Under the pieces are notes generated by a model. The model was not told the origin of the DNA and made no database searches. It was given only the letters and a program-made list of their open reading frames with translations. Source: Marsupella aquatica (taxonomy: Eukaryota; Plantae; Marchantiophyta). From it: 64,000 nucleotides of DNA. The position numbers and the translations under genes were made by a program. Numbering within the stretch: position 1 is the first letter of the stretch; the number at the start of each line of letters is the position of its first letter. Where the stretch lies: NCBI GenBank assembly GCA_973895155.1, contig OZ316896.1:22649722-22713721 (forward strand). The letters run 5' to 3'. Of the stretch, positions 50,412-62,098 are shown in pieces.

Positions 50412-50973
50412 CATCGTGATATACCTCTAAGCAGTATTCACATCTATATAGCTGACCACCAAAATTGCCTTGCCCCATGCTTCGAAATTGGTGCCCATGG
50501 ACTGCGTGGTCCCCTGCTCGCTGCAACTTCTCCTGCAAGTATCGTTCTGCCTCGCTTCTCGACTTGAAGGACTTGTACACCTGACCCTTATACCCCTTTA
50601 CTTGTGGCTCACAGTCCTCCCAGGAATCATACAAGCCTGGAACATATCCCCGCACCACTGCATAGTACTTTCGCCTTGTGGTATGGTCACTGAAGTAGCG
50701 GGATGTTGGCACAACTGGCTGTATCGTGTGCTGTGCACCCTGTACATCAGGCGCTCGGGTGACTTTCACCATTACCTGTTTGCCCTGCTCCCCTATCTGT
50801 GGCTCGTCGTCTCTCTCGCCCTGGTGCTCTTCTACCTCAGTCGCACTCACATTCAACTTCCATTGTACATACTGGAATTGAGTCTCGACCATATCTCCCA
50901 GCACCTTGAGTACCAACCTTATCGTACCCAACAACACCCAGAGCACTTGCAGGCCCACTCTGCTTACGTCCAT
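50395..50973 (-). CDS. Antisense ORF in the copia 3' region: protein with an RNase H1 N-terminal hybrid-binding / caulimovirus viroplasmin (Cauli_VI-like) domain
   Basis: KYYAVVRGYVPGLYDSWEDCEPQVKGYKGQVYKSFKSRSEAERYL (50670-50536) fits the YAVxxGxxxGxYxxWxxCxxQVxGYxxxxYKxFxxxxEAxxY pattern. ATG at 50973 gives 192 aa, uninterrupted. Confidence 0.85.
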   Translation of the reverse strand: MDVSRVGLQVLWVLLGTIRLVLKVLGDMVETQFQYVQWKLNVSATEVEEHQGERDDEPQIGEQGKQVMVKVTRAPDVQGAQHTIQPVVPTSRYFSDHTTRRKYYAVVRGYVPGLYDSWEDCEPQVKGYKGQVYKSFKSRSEAERYLQEKLQRAGDHAVHGHQFRSMGQGNFGGQLYRCEYCLEVYHDATHPE

Positions 50974-51766
50974 TCTCCCCACTTGCTCTGTGCATTTGAT
51001 GGATTACCGGACGGGAGGGGGTGTTAAGTTTACGACATTCATCCGGTATACACACGCCACTTGCTGTTCCTTTGTCTGTTCCCCCTTCGCTTCGGTGTTA
51101 TCTGGGGGGGCCTGTATATGTGTGATTACCGTTAGATTTAGGGTTAATCTTACTTACGGTCCGATTAGTATTCACTGATCTGGTGCGGTGCATTCTCTCG
51201 CCGACCACTCTCTTAAGGACCAATTACCAATTCACTGTTCATTCTGCATTCTTGCTGTGTAAATTATGGGAAGCTGCGCTCGTCAGTTTCTTCACCATCT
51301 CGACTGCAACCTATACTTCCACGACCTATGTAATTTACTTGGGAATGATCCATTCATGATCATCTATTTCTGAAGAGAATGCATTGTTTCGACTTGTCTG
51401 TTTCGTCTTGTCTGCGTTCTTGGACTTAATTCTCAGGGTTCCCTTCTTCGGGGTAGTCTAATTTTATGAAGCAATTCACTTCCGGCAATGAATGTAAAGT
51501 CTTTATCGCAAAATATAGTTTTCTGCCGTTACTTATTGAGTCCTTTCATCATGCATCCGCATTCCGTGCATTCAACAAAGAACATACTGATTTATGAATT
51601 GGGTGTGCAATTTGATTCGATAATGCGATGAAGTGTACGTTGGAAGAAAGCGCAGGAGCTACACGAGGATCGAGCTACACAGATACCTGAGGGTAGAGAC
51701 CGTCAGTCTTCACCAAGTTAGGAGCAAGGCTTCCAGACACTCTCACTCTCTTGGACATCCTTTAAG

Positions 51767-53288
51767 ATGGCGATAACGATGGCAACTGCCATAATCGTGG
51801 GCTTCATTTCCTTGTTGTTGCTGTTCTGGAGGAGCATCTTGCTGAGACCATCACTGAGATTGCCTCCTGGGCCACGACCACTGTCCATCTTGGGTAATTT
51901 GCTGATGATGAGGAAGTATCCATCACCCGCAGACTTCGCCAACGAGCTGAGACGCAAGTACGGTCCGATAGTAACTCTATGGATCTTCTCCACACCAATG
52001 GTTATCATCTCCGACCCCAAGTTCATTCAGGAAGCGATGATCACGCAGGGCAGGGTCTTCATGGAAAGAGCTCAGCTCAAGTCAAGGAAACTCATTCTGA
52101 ATGAATACAGAGGCGTCACTTTTTCTCACGGTGAGCGACATAGATTCCTCCGCAAGATATTGGTCACCGAGGTGTTGAGCAACAAGAGAGTGGCGGGATT
52201 CAGGCCTATCCGCGAGCAAGAGATAGGCATCCTGGTCGACAATTTGAAGCAGGCTTTCGGTAAACATGATAACAAGGGGCCGGCCGGGACCTGTCACTAA
52301 TTTTCGTGCATTGATCCGTTTGACCGTCTCCAACTTCTTAGTGGGAATTCTCTTCGGGAGGAGATTGACTTCAGAGGAGTATGTCGACCTGGATGAGGAA
52401 ATGATCCTGCGCTTCCAACTAGCGAATGGGAAGCCTCGGGACTTCATTCCCTGGCTGGCCTGGCTGCCGGACAGGAAAGGCATCGAGGCCCAGCGGAAAT
52501 CGCTGAGGAGAATTTCTCGGATCTTAGAACCGCTCATCGGGGAGAGGAGGCAACTCTTAAAGTTAGGGGACACACATCATCAAGCCCCATACGTAGACAC
52601 TCTATTGGAGCTGCGAAATGGGAATATCAAGAGCCCAGTCGAGATCACTGATGCAGATATTGAGTTGTTATCAATCGAACTTCTCACTGCAGGAACTGAT
52701 ACCACTGCACTGAACTTGGAATATTGCATTGCAAATCTCATCAACAATCCGGAGATGCAAGAGAAGTTGGCCCGGGAGATTTCTGCCGTTGTGGGTGAGA
52801 GAGTGGTGAACGAGGGCGACATACCTCACCTGCCCTTCTTGCAAGCTGTGGTCAAAGAGGCTTTGAGGAGGCATAGCCCGGCACGATTGGCAGCACCCCG
52901 ACGAACTTTGTCAGCTACCAACGTTGCCGGCTATGACATACCAGTGAATACAATGGTTCAGCAGCATCTGGAAGCTGTGTCCCTGAACCCTCAACTCTGG
53001 GAGAACCCTCTCGAGTTCAGGCCCGAGCGCCATCTCAACAAGCCTGTCGACCTCACTGGATCTACCGAAATGACGATGATCCCGTTCGGGGTGGGCCGTC
53101 GAATATGCCCAGCCATAAATATCGGACTTTTGCATGCAGAATTGATTTTAGCTCGGCTGATTCAAGCATTCCAGTGGAAATCTGCCACACCAGGCCAGCT
53201 TCTGGATGTCACCCCTGGTGGTGATTTCACGAGTCCCATGAAGTACCCGCTTGTGGCGTCCATACAGGAGCGTTTGAAGGTCTCTTGA
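51767..53288 (+). pseudogene. Cytochrome P450 copy 2, frameshifted
   Basis: Near-identical to copies 1 and 3. A 4-bp ccgg duplication (52280-52287) shifts the frame, and one Lys codon is lost just upstream. Heme motif retained in ORF 52266-53288. Confidence 0.9.
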
Positions 53289-55594
53289 GTTTCCATAAGA
53301 CTTGCACTGCACATTAGGAATTCTGTAGAGGGATTGCGACCTTTTCATAGGTTCTTTCAGTAAAAGCGCAGGGTTGAGGGTCTCCTGAGTTTCTATAAAC
53401 CGTCCACTGCACATTTGGACCACAATAGAGTGTTGCCACCGGTGATAGGTGTTTTGAGTACAACGATCAATGTGCTAGCATTGCTTGATATTAATTGCAA
53501 TACAAACCTTATGTTCCAGGCTTCTGTCGAGAGTTAAGCCTCTAGACGGGGACTGGGGGTAGGGGTTTCTCCGAGCTCAGGACTTTCAAGGAGAAGAGTC
53601 GAAAACAATTCAGAACCCGGTAATAAGACATGTACAGAAGGGAAATGAGATTGAAGGGCCCAACATTATCCCAAGGTGGAATTTAACTTCCCCCTCCCTT
53701 ACAATTCGTATGGGGGCTTGATGACTTCAGTTGCACTTGAAGATCACTAAAATTATCTTGGACAGGACTCAATTTTCCTCAACTTGCAAGGTCCACGAGT
53801 ACTGAGACTGTAGGAGTGAGGGCAGAATATATGTGCTGGTATCGTTTCTTCCAGCTATGCTGACAAGTTGTGAGTCTGGGTTGGGAATTTTCCGACGTTG
53901 CGATAGACGGAGAAAGATAACTAAGGTGGAGGCGTAACAGACGATAAATGCTTACCTGGGTTTTTGTGTCCGTTTTATGATGTGGATTCAAACAACACCG
54001 AGATTACCTCTACTTCTCGAGAAACCAGGGATGAAGCAGACGAGAATTCTTCTTTCATCTTCTGGCATGATTGTGTCTTGGCGCAGCTCAAGCCTCCGCT
54101 TGAAGGGACTCGGCTTCTGGATCTGGAAACGTCATGAACGATCACCTGCTTGGTGTGGTTTTCGTGTTAGCCAAAGAGTTATTGCTTGAGGACTTCTAAG
54201 TTTCCCTGTAGCAGCCGTTTTTCCATCTATCTACAATGTTATAATAAGGGATCCTGCCTGTTTTAGTCCTTAGTCCCAATACAAATAATAAAGCTCCCTG
54301 GCAGGTAATCATGGATTTGAGTAGCTGTTTTCCCTGACCATTGAATGACTAAAAAAAAGGTGCAACCCTAGCACATTTGTGCTTCCCTCTACCCCATAAA
54401 TGCCCCGGCCCAACACCCTATGGGCCAGCCCTCCTTCCACCATGCAACTCTCGGGCATAGGGCTTGTTTCTCATTAAAATAGAAATAGGGCATTTTTATT
54501 TATCATAAAAATAAATAGGGCATCTCAAAGCCTGACGTTAACAAGATAAGTTCCTTCCATAACTCCAGTATTACAGGAACTCCCATAAAAACCATGGGAG
54601 ACGATTTTCAACTACCGTAAGGGAAGCCCGCGGGCTCAACAGTTACCCCGTAACTTTCTTGCAACTTTAGGCACAAATCTGGAAATCCATAAATCCAGCA
54701 CTTTGGAGTTTCAAAAAGCAGCAACTGAAAGCATGCACGTGAAAGCCCCTGATGTGGTGGTGGCTGCTGCATTTGAGGTGGTGGCTGATCAAGAATAATT
54801 AGAGGAAAATAGAATATAGGCTATGATAGAGGTGAGGCCGTTACTCCTGCCTTATGGTGCGGGTAAATTCTACCTCCCCTCATTTTTAAAATTCCACAAC
54901 TGGGTCCCAGTTATGGGATATACTACAAATCCATAACTTTCGCTAATGACCCAGCTTTGAGACGCCCTAATGCAATGAAAATGTCGACTGCATCTTCAAA
55001 AGTGATGCCCCCATGGGCCGAGCCCGTAAACCATACAACCCATGGACCTGGAGTATTTTTGCAGCTCACTCAATCATTAGAACCAAAGTACAACCTTCAA
55101 TTATATCTGACTCTCTTTATTTCTATCAACTCTAATTGGCTATCCAATTCTAGTATTTCTAGTTTTCATGAAGAAACTCATTAGCACCAAAGTAGAACCT
55201 TCAACATCTCCCTCCCTTTCTATCAGGTCCAATTGGCTATCCAGTTCTAGATTTCTACTTTTCATGAATTTAGAGAGTTATGAATTTCTAAAGATGACAC
55301 CATCGCTTATTGTCCACATTAACACTTTTGTAGCTTTTTTTGGAGCTGTGAGTAGCCAACTTCACCATTAAGTGTCTCCTGGGGATTCCATGGAAAACAA
55401 TTCTTGGTTCCATAGAAATGGTTTGCAAGATCTTTCCAGTGAGCCTAATATGGTGACATTCCATTGAGAATTCAGATATATTTTGATGAGCCCCATGCAC
55501 CTATTATAGTCAAATTCCATTGAGAATTGAAAGACGTACCTACAAGTTTCAAATATGGAAACTTTGTTTTTATTTGACAAATTTTACTCAAGTG

Positions 55595-55815
55595 CGTAAT
55601 CTGTACTATATGAGCAGAAAGGGGGTTTTTCTGAACTTTATCCGGGTTGCAAAAATCTTCTGACAAACGTCAAGGTCTACTATATGTGCAGAAAAGAGGG
55701 TTTCACTAGACTCTGTTCGGGTTGCAAAATTCTTCTGACCAGAAAGGGGATTTACTGAGGTCTGTCCGGGTTGCAAAAATCTTCTTGCAAACATCGAGGT
55801 CCATCCCGGCTTCAA
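55595..55815. repeat. Degenerate tandem repeat
   Basis: cgggttgcaaaa(a)t(t)cttct occurs three times with ag(a)aaaggg spacers. Confidence 0.7.
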
Positions 55816-56106
55816 TTTCCTCCATCTTCACCTCCAATAGCATTCACTTTTAAACCACAACTGTCCACAGCAGGCATATAAAAGGGCCTCCTCCCCTGCC
55901 CAGGCAGTGTTCATTCTTGTCTCCCATGCTTGGGTTGAAAGTCATTGTTCGCACCACATAGGCTTTGTCAGTTTTCATTGTCATTTTCAAGAATAATTCA
56001 CTTTCTGTTCAGTTAGTTATTCTCCTACAGGACAAAATAACAAATGATGTTCTACGATGGGCCTTGAGAAGGCCCGGTTTGTGCCTTGGCAGTGATTTAT
56101 AAATCA

Positions 56107-56655
56107 CTACCCCAATACCTGCAGTGCGTAGCACAAAATATGTTGAGATGAAAAAAAATGTCATTCAAGGTGAAAAACAGATGTTGATGCATGTGAGAAA
56201 AAGAGATCAAGGTGAGAAAAATGTGGCTAGGAAGGAAAAGATGGGGAGGTGAGAAAAACATGTAAAGATGAGGAAAAGATGCCTGGGGGAAAAGATGTCA
56301 AGGAGAGAAAAGATTATCGAGCTAGGTTAAGGGAATGATGTTGTGATGAGATAAAGATGTCAAAGTGGATAAATGATGGCAAGATGAAAAAAACATATTA
56401 AGATGTCAAGATGACAAAAGATGTCAAGGTGACAAAAATTGTCCTAAATAGAAAAAATGTTAAAGTTGAGAGAAAAATGTCGAGTGAGCATAAATTATCG
56501 TGGAAAGATAAAGATATCAATGTGAGAAAAGATGGTGAGGCTAGGTGAGAAAAAGATGGCAAGTCAAGGAAAAGATATTGAGGAGCGATAAATATGAGAG
56601 GATTAGAAACCCGATTAGAAAAACATGTCAAACTGAGGAAAGATGTCAAGGCGAG
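56107..56655 (-). mobile_element. Non-autonomous Helitron-like element (degenerate 3' end at left) with aaaagatgtcaag repeat array
   Basis: actaccccaatacctgcagtgcgtagcacaaaa is an inverted copy of the terminus at 58447-58476. The repeat array is the reverse complement of the 57950-58450 array. Confidence 0.5.
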
Positions 56656-57899
56656 ACTTGAAATTATAAACTTTACAATCTAGACATGTTATTAGTGATC
56701 CTGGACACACACTTTTGTGGTCATGTTCAATAACCCATCCATTTTGCATAGAAATTTGAGACCCAAGATAACGGCCACTGCATCATAGAGTTACAATCGA
56801 GTGACAGGAAAAATATATTTTTTAACTCTAAATTTTTATATTGAAAGTATTTCAGATTTCTCAATTTATTTTCAAATATTCCCAATTTAATTTTAAATAT
56901 TGAAAAAATTAAATATTGAAAAAATTAAGTTCTTCATCTTGGGTAGAGGTCAAAATTGGTCCACACTTTTTTATTAGGGATAAGGTATTATAATGGTAAA
57001 CAATTAGAGAGGGAGTAACACTATGTATGGATGGTACCAAATGGAGACTCGTGCATCGAGAACACACTTTTCTTGCTTGGAAAAGTGTGTCACCTTTTAG
57101 GTCCACTCTAAATGTAATGAACTTTTTGTCTATTCTTTCTCATTGCCAGACTGTTTACTTTTGTGGGCCCTGCAAATTCAAATAACTTGTATTATCAAGA
57201 ACTATAATACACAGTTGCGCCACTTTTTAGAGTGGTTGTCATTCAAATTTGCAGGGCACAAAAATTAAAAAATTTGGTCAAAGGTAAGCAATAAAGCCAA
57301 AGTGTGAATTGAATTTAGTGTGAGTCACAAAAAGTTGCACAAGTGCCCAAGACAAATAAGAATAATCACACTAGGCACAAAAAAAGAGAGTGAAAGACTT
57401 TAACACAATGCACAAGGATCAATGCACAAAGAACAAGGAGTATACATTCATGCAAGTAAATATTGTACATATTAACATGCAAAATTGTATTGTACATATT
57501 CATTATACATATTTCAATATTGTGTGCATCATAATTTTGTATAATACTGGTAAGACTCCATAAAAGTAATTTAATTGCTAATAACATTTTAGTCACTATA
57601 TCAATTAAAAAACTATTCTCCCAATATTTGTGGTGATTTTTACATTCATTTGCAGTGTCATTTTTAATGCCAAAAAAACAAAAATAATAAGGCCCAAAGA
57701 CATAGTGAAGCGCATGGCATGGGTGTTGATGGCAAGGTCTCAGGCGAGGGGCACAATCGCAATGTAGGGTAGCCCCTCGATCTCACATGGGTGGGGAAGG
57801 GGGGCGGTGAACGAGTGGAGTGATGGTGAATGTGAAAAAGAGAAGACCAAAAATAGGAAAAAGGGAAAAGGGGGAGGTAGGTTTGAAAGGAACAATCTT

Positions 57900-58475
57900 T
57901 TTTCTTGACAATATCTTTTGTGCAACGCACGGGTATTTTCCTGAACGATGTCTTGGCCGACATGACATCTTTTCAACGATGTCTTTGCCGACACGACATC
58001 ATTCTTTTTTTTCAACAACATCTTGGCCGACATGACAAATTTCTTTTAATGACATCTTGGCCGACACGACATCTTTTTTCTCAATGACTTCTTGGCCAAG
58101 ACGACATCTTTTTTCTCAAGGACCTCTTGGCTGACATGATATCTTTTTTTCTCAACGACTTCTTTTCTCTCAATGAATGACCTTTAGGGCGACTCTACAT
58201 AATTTCTCTCCACGACCTCTTGGCCGACACATCTTTTTTTCTCAACGACATCTTGGCCAACATGACTTATTTTCTCTCAACAACCTCTTGGGCGACACAA
58301 CATCTTTTCTCTCAATGACCTCTTGGGCGACACAACATTTTTTTCTCTCCAAGTCCTCTTGGCCGACATAACATCTTTTCTCTCCACGACCTCTTGGCTG
58401 ACATGACATCATTTTTTCTCAACGACATTTTGGCTGACACGACTTCTTTTGTGCAACGCACAGGTATTGAGCTAG
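57900..58475 (+). mobile_element. Non-autonomous Helitron-like 3' portion with ~33-bp minisatellite
   Basis: Ends in hairpin gtgcaacgcac (58451-58461), then CTAG (58472-58475) followed by T, the typical plant Helitron 3' end. Tandem gacatcttggccgacacgacatcttttttctcaac units. 5' end not located. Confidence 0.65.
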
Positions 58476-58774
58476 TAGTTTAGGATAGAAACAAGTTTAG
58501 AGATCTATAAGAACAATTAAATAATCGGACTCATAAGTACAAACAATATATATACTTGTGACTGGAGTGAGTTTTAAACCACACCACCCTTCAGACTCTA
58601 AGGGTTACCTTAGCTACCATTAAATGCAGTTTTCCCCCAAAATTTAGTTTCCATTTCAAGTACTTTTTCTCCTCAAATCGGTCAGGAAAGTGCCAAAGTA
58701 GGTGAGAAATGTAAGTGGAATGCTGGAAAAAAAATGGCCAGTGGTGATTTAAGTATCCAGGGTAGCGTGTAGAC

Positions 58775-59049
58775 AAGCATATTTCTCTAAGGATTTCACT
58801 TTTTAGCCAGAGTGGCTAATGTAAAGTGTGTGAGGGAGAAGATGTTTAGAACATTCACTATTCAATTATTTTCCTGATTGTCAGATCTCCCTAGATTAAG
58901 ACTGACCGTTAGATTCCGGCTAATGAGGCCTGGGATTAGGTGAAACACTGGCTAATGAGCCCACAAAATATTAGCCAATTTTTGCCAAAAGTGGCGAACC
59001 ATTTTCTGGGAGGTGGAATCTAGTTAATTTTAGCCACTAAAAAAAACTG
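58775..59049. mobile_element. 275-bp insertion with 8-bp TSD (hAT-like MITE)
   Basis: TSD gtgtagac (58767-58774, 59050-59057). Absent from the paralogous site at ~45140. Right end ..aaactg and repeated ggctaa/ttagcc motifs. Left TIR is poor. Confidence 0.7.
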
Positions 59050-59583
59050 GTGTAGACCCGTTTCCTGGATTGGATAGGATGTAATCCACTTGATAGCTTG
59101 TGATCGAAAAACACTCCTAGGCATGAATTCATCAGAATTATAAATAATCAAAAAATCGATTTAACCAGAATGCTCCTGACATGGTCTACTCAATTAAATT
59201 AGTCATTTACACATTGGACGTCAGCGGGAAGAGATATCTCCATCAACTCGTCACGGAGATGGATTTCTCGAATTGGGAACATCGCAAGGTCAAGGTGGAG
59301 CTCCAAGAGCCGGCTCTGCGCATCGCAACCATTCGAGTTAAAAAGGTATCTGCAAAACTTCGCGTCAGTACATGGAAGAAGAACCGAATTGTTGTTGAGT
59401 ATCTCGTAAGAACACTACAGAACAGCTTAGGAAGATCCTTAATTTAATCGATGCCTGTGATTCCGGACAAGTGCTCCGATCCCTCAATTCACACTAAAAG
59501 CACAACAAACAGGTTCGCGAGTCCCATCTCGACTGCAACCTATACTTCCACGACCTATGTAATTTACTTGGGAATGATCCATT

Positions 59584-60250
59584 CATGATTATCTATTTCT
59601 GAAGAGATTGCATTGTTTCGTCTTGTCTGCGTTCTTGGACTTGATTCTCAGGGTTTCCTTCTTCGGGGTAGTCTAATTTTATTAAGCATGTCACTTCCGG
59701 CAATGAATATAAATAATTTATCGAAATATAGTTTCCTGTCGTTACTTATTGAGTCCTTTCATCATGCACTCGGCATTCCGTGCAATTCAACAAAGAACAT
59801 ACTGATTTATGAATTGGGTGTGCAATTGATTCGATAAAGCGATGAAGTGTACGTTGGAAGAAAGCGCAGGAGCTACACGAGGACCTACACAGATACCTGA
59901 GGGTAGAGACCGTCAGTCTTCACGATCATCTATTTCTGAAGAGAATGCATTGTTTTGTCTAGTCTGCGTTCTTGGAGTAACTCTCAGGGTTTCCTTCTTC
60001 GGGGTAGTCTAATTTTATTAAGTATGTCACTTCCGGCAATGAATATCAAGACTTCATCGAAATATAGTTTCCTGCCGTTACTGATTGAGTCCTTTCATCA
60101 TGCACTCGGCATTGAACAAAGAACATACTGATTTATGAATTGGGTGTCCAATTGATTCGATGAAGCGATGAAGTGTACGTTGGAAGAAAGCGCAGGAGCT
60201 ACACGAGGAGCTACACAGATACCTCAGGGTAGAGACCGTCAGTCTTCACC
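59584..60250 (+). repeat. ~330-bp tandem duplication of the P450 proximal upstream region
   Basis: atctatttctgaagag..gagaccgtcagtcttcac occurs twice (~59584-59922 and ~59923-60249) but once upstream of copy 2 (51355-51713). Confidence 0.85.
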
Positions 60251-60302
60251 AAGTTAGGAGCAAGGCTTCCAGACACTCTCACTCTCTTGGACATCCTTTA
60301 AG

Positions 60303-61823
60303 ATGGCGATAACAATGGCAACTGCCATAATCGTGGGCTTCATTTCCTTGTTGTTGCTGTTCTGGAGGAGCATCTTGCTGCGACCATCACTGAGATTGCC
60401 TCCTGGGCCACGACCACTGCCCATCGTGGGCAATTTGCTGATGATGAGGAAGTATCCATCAACCGCGGACTTCGCCAACGAGCTGAGACGCAAGTACGGT
60501 CCGATAGTAACTCTATGGATCTTCTCCACACTAATGGTTATCATCTCCGAGCCCAAGATCATTCAGGAAGCGATGATAACGCAGGGCAGCGTCTTCATGG
60601 AAAGAGCTCAGCCCAAGTCAATGAAACTCATTCAGTGTGAATACAGAAGCGTCAGTTTTTCTCACGGTGAGCGACATAGATTCCTCCGCAAGATATTGGT
60701 CACCGAGGTGTTGAGCAACAAGAGATTGGCGGGATTCAGACCCATCCGCGAGCAAGAGATAGGCATCCTGGTCGAGAATTTGAAGAAGCAGGCTCTCGGT
60801 AAAGATGATAACAAGGTGCCGGAACCTGTCACTGATTTTCGTTCATTGATCGGTTTGACCGTCTCCAACTTCATAGTGGGAATTCTCTTCGGGACGAGAT
60901 TGACTTCAGAGGAGTACGTCAACCTGGATGAGCAAATCACCCTGCGCGTCCAACTAGCGACTGGGAAGCCTCGGGACTTCATTCCCTGGCTGGCCTGGCT
61001 GCCGGACAGGAAACGCATCGAGGTCCAGCGGAAATCGCTGAGGAGAATTTCTCGGATCTTAGACCCGCTCATCGGGGAGAGGAGGCAACTCCTAAAATTA
61101 GGGGAGACACCTCATCAAGCCCCATACGTAGACACTCTATTGGAGCTGCGAAATGGGAATATCAAGAGCCCAGTCGAGATCACTGATGCAGATATTGAGT
61201 TGCTATCAATGGAACTTCTCACTGGAGGAACCGATACTACTGCACTGAACTTGGAATATAGCATTGCAAATCTCGTCAACAATCCGGAGATGCAAGAGAA
61301 GTTGGCCCGGGAGATTTCTGCCGTTGTAGGTGAGAGAGTGGTGAACGAGGGCGACATACCTCACTTGCCCTTCTTGCAAGCTGTGGTCAAAGAGACTTTG
61401 AGGAGACATAGCCCGGCAAGATTGCCACCACCCCGACGAACTTCGTCAGCTACCAAAGTTGCCGGCTATGACATACCAGTGAATACAATGGTTCAGCCGC
61501 ATCTGGAAGCTGTGTCCCTGAACCCTCAAATCTGGGAGAACCCTCTCGAGTTCAGGCCTGAGCGCCATCTCAACAGGCCTCTCGACCTCACTGGCTCTAC
61601 CGAAATCACCATGATCCCATTCGGGGTGGGTCGTCGAATATGCCCAGCCATAAATATCGCAGTTTTGCATGCAGAATTGATTCTAGCTCGGCTGATTCAA
61701 GCATTCGAGTGGAAATCTGCCACGCGAGGCGAGCTTCTGGATGTCACCCCTAGTGGTGTTTTCACGAGTCCCATGAAGTACCCGGTTGTGGCGTCCATAC
61801 AGGAGCGTTTGAAGGTGTCTTGA
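60303..61823 (+). CDS. Cytochrome P450, CYP77/CYP89-like (copy 3, intact, intronless)
   Basis: 506 aa. PPGP, I-helix GGTDT, ETLR, PERH, PFGVGRRICP. Confidence 0.93.
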   Translation: MAITMATAIIVGFISLLLLFWRSILLRPSLRLPPGPRPLPIVGNLLMMRKYPSTADFANELRRKYGPIVTLWIFSTLMVIISEPKIIQEAMITQGSVFMERAQPKSMKLIQCEYRSVSFSHGERHRFLRKILVTEVLSNKRLAGFRPIREQEIGILVENLKKQALGKDDNKVPEPVTDFRSLIGLTVSNFIVGILFGTRLTSEEYVNLDEQITLRVQLATGKPRDFIPWLAWLPDRKRIEVQRKSLRRISRILDPLIGERRQLLKLGETPHQAPYVDTLLELRNGNIKSPVEITDADIELLSMELLTGGTDTTALNLEYSIANLVNNPEMQEKLAREISAVVGERVVNEGDIPHLPFLQAVVKETLRRHSPARLPPPRRTSSATKVAGYDIPVNTMVQPHLEAVSLNPQIWENPLEFRPERHLNRPLDLTGSTEITMIPFGVGRRICPAINIAVLHAELILARLIQAFEWKSATRGELLDVTPSGVFTSPMKYPVVASIQERLKVS

Positions 61824-61853
61824 GTTTCCACAAGACTTGCAGTGCACATTAGG

Positions 61854-62098
61854 AATTCTGTAGAGGGATTGCCACCTTTTCTTTTCAGAAAAAGCACAGG
61901 GTTGAGGGTCTCCTGAGATTCTATAAACCGTCCACTGCACATTTGGACTACAATAGAGTATTGCCACCGTTGATTCTGTAGAGGGATTGCCACCTTTTCA
62001 TAGGTTCTTTCAGTAAAAGCACAGGGTTGAGGGTCTCCTGAGATTCAATAAACCGTCCACTGCACATTTGAACTACAATAGAGTATTGCCACCGTTGA
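61854..62098 (+). repeat. ~120-bp tandem duplication in the P450 copy 3 3' region
   Basis: attctgtagagggattgccacctttt..gagtattgccaccgttga x2. Confidence 0.85.

Larger units (their letters stand above)
45628..51294 (+). mobile_element. Ty1/copia LTR retrotransposon, full length and young, with an additional antisense ORF
   Basis: TG..CA LTRs at 45628-45893 and 51022-51294 (3 substitutions plus a 7-bp duplication). TSD CCATC (45623-45627, 51295-51299). PBS TGGTATCAGAGC at 45894-45905 and PPT at 51013-51021. The empty site gtcccatctcgac is present in the paralogous unit at ~59521. Confidence 0.96.

Noticed and set aside
50470-51027. 185-aa plus-strand ORF after pol as an env-like gene
   Set aside because: It is the shadow of the minus-strand ORF that carries the recognisable domain, and has no motif of its own.
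57950-58450. ~33-bp repeat array as a CRISPR array
   Set aside because: The units are contiguous degenerate tandem repeats without unique spacers. The context is eukaryotic and there are no cas genes.
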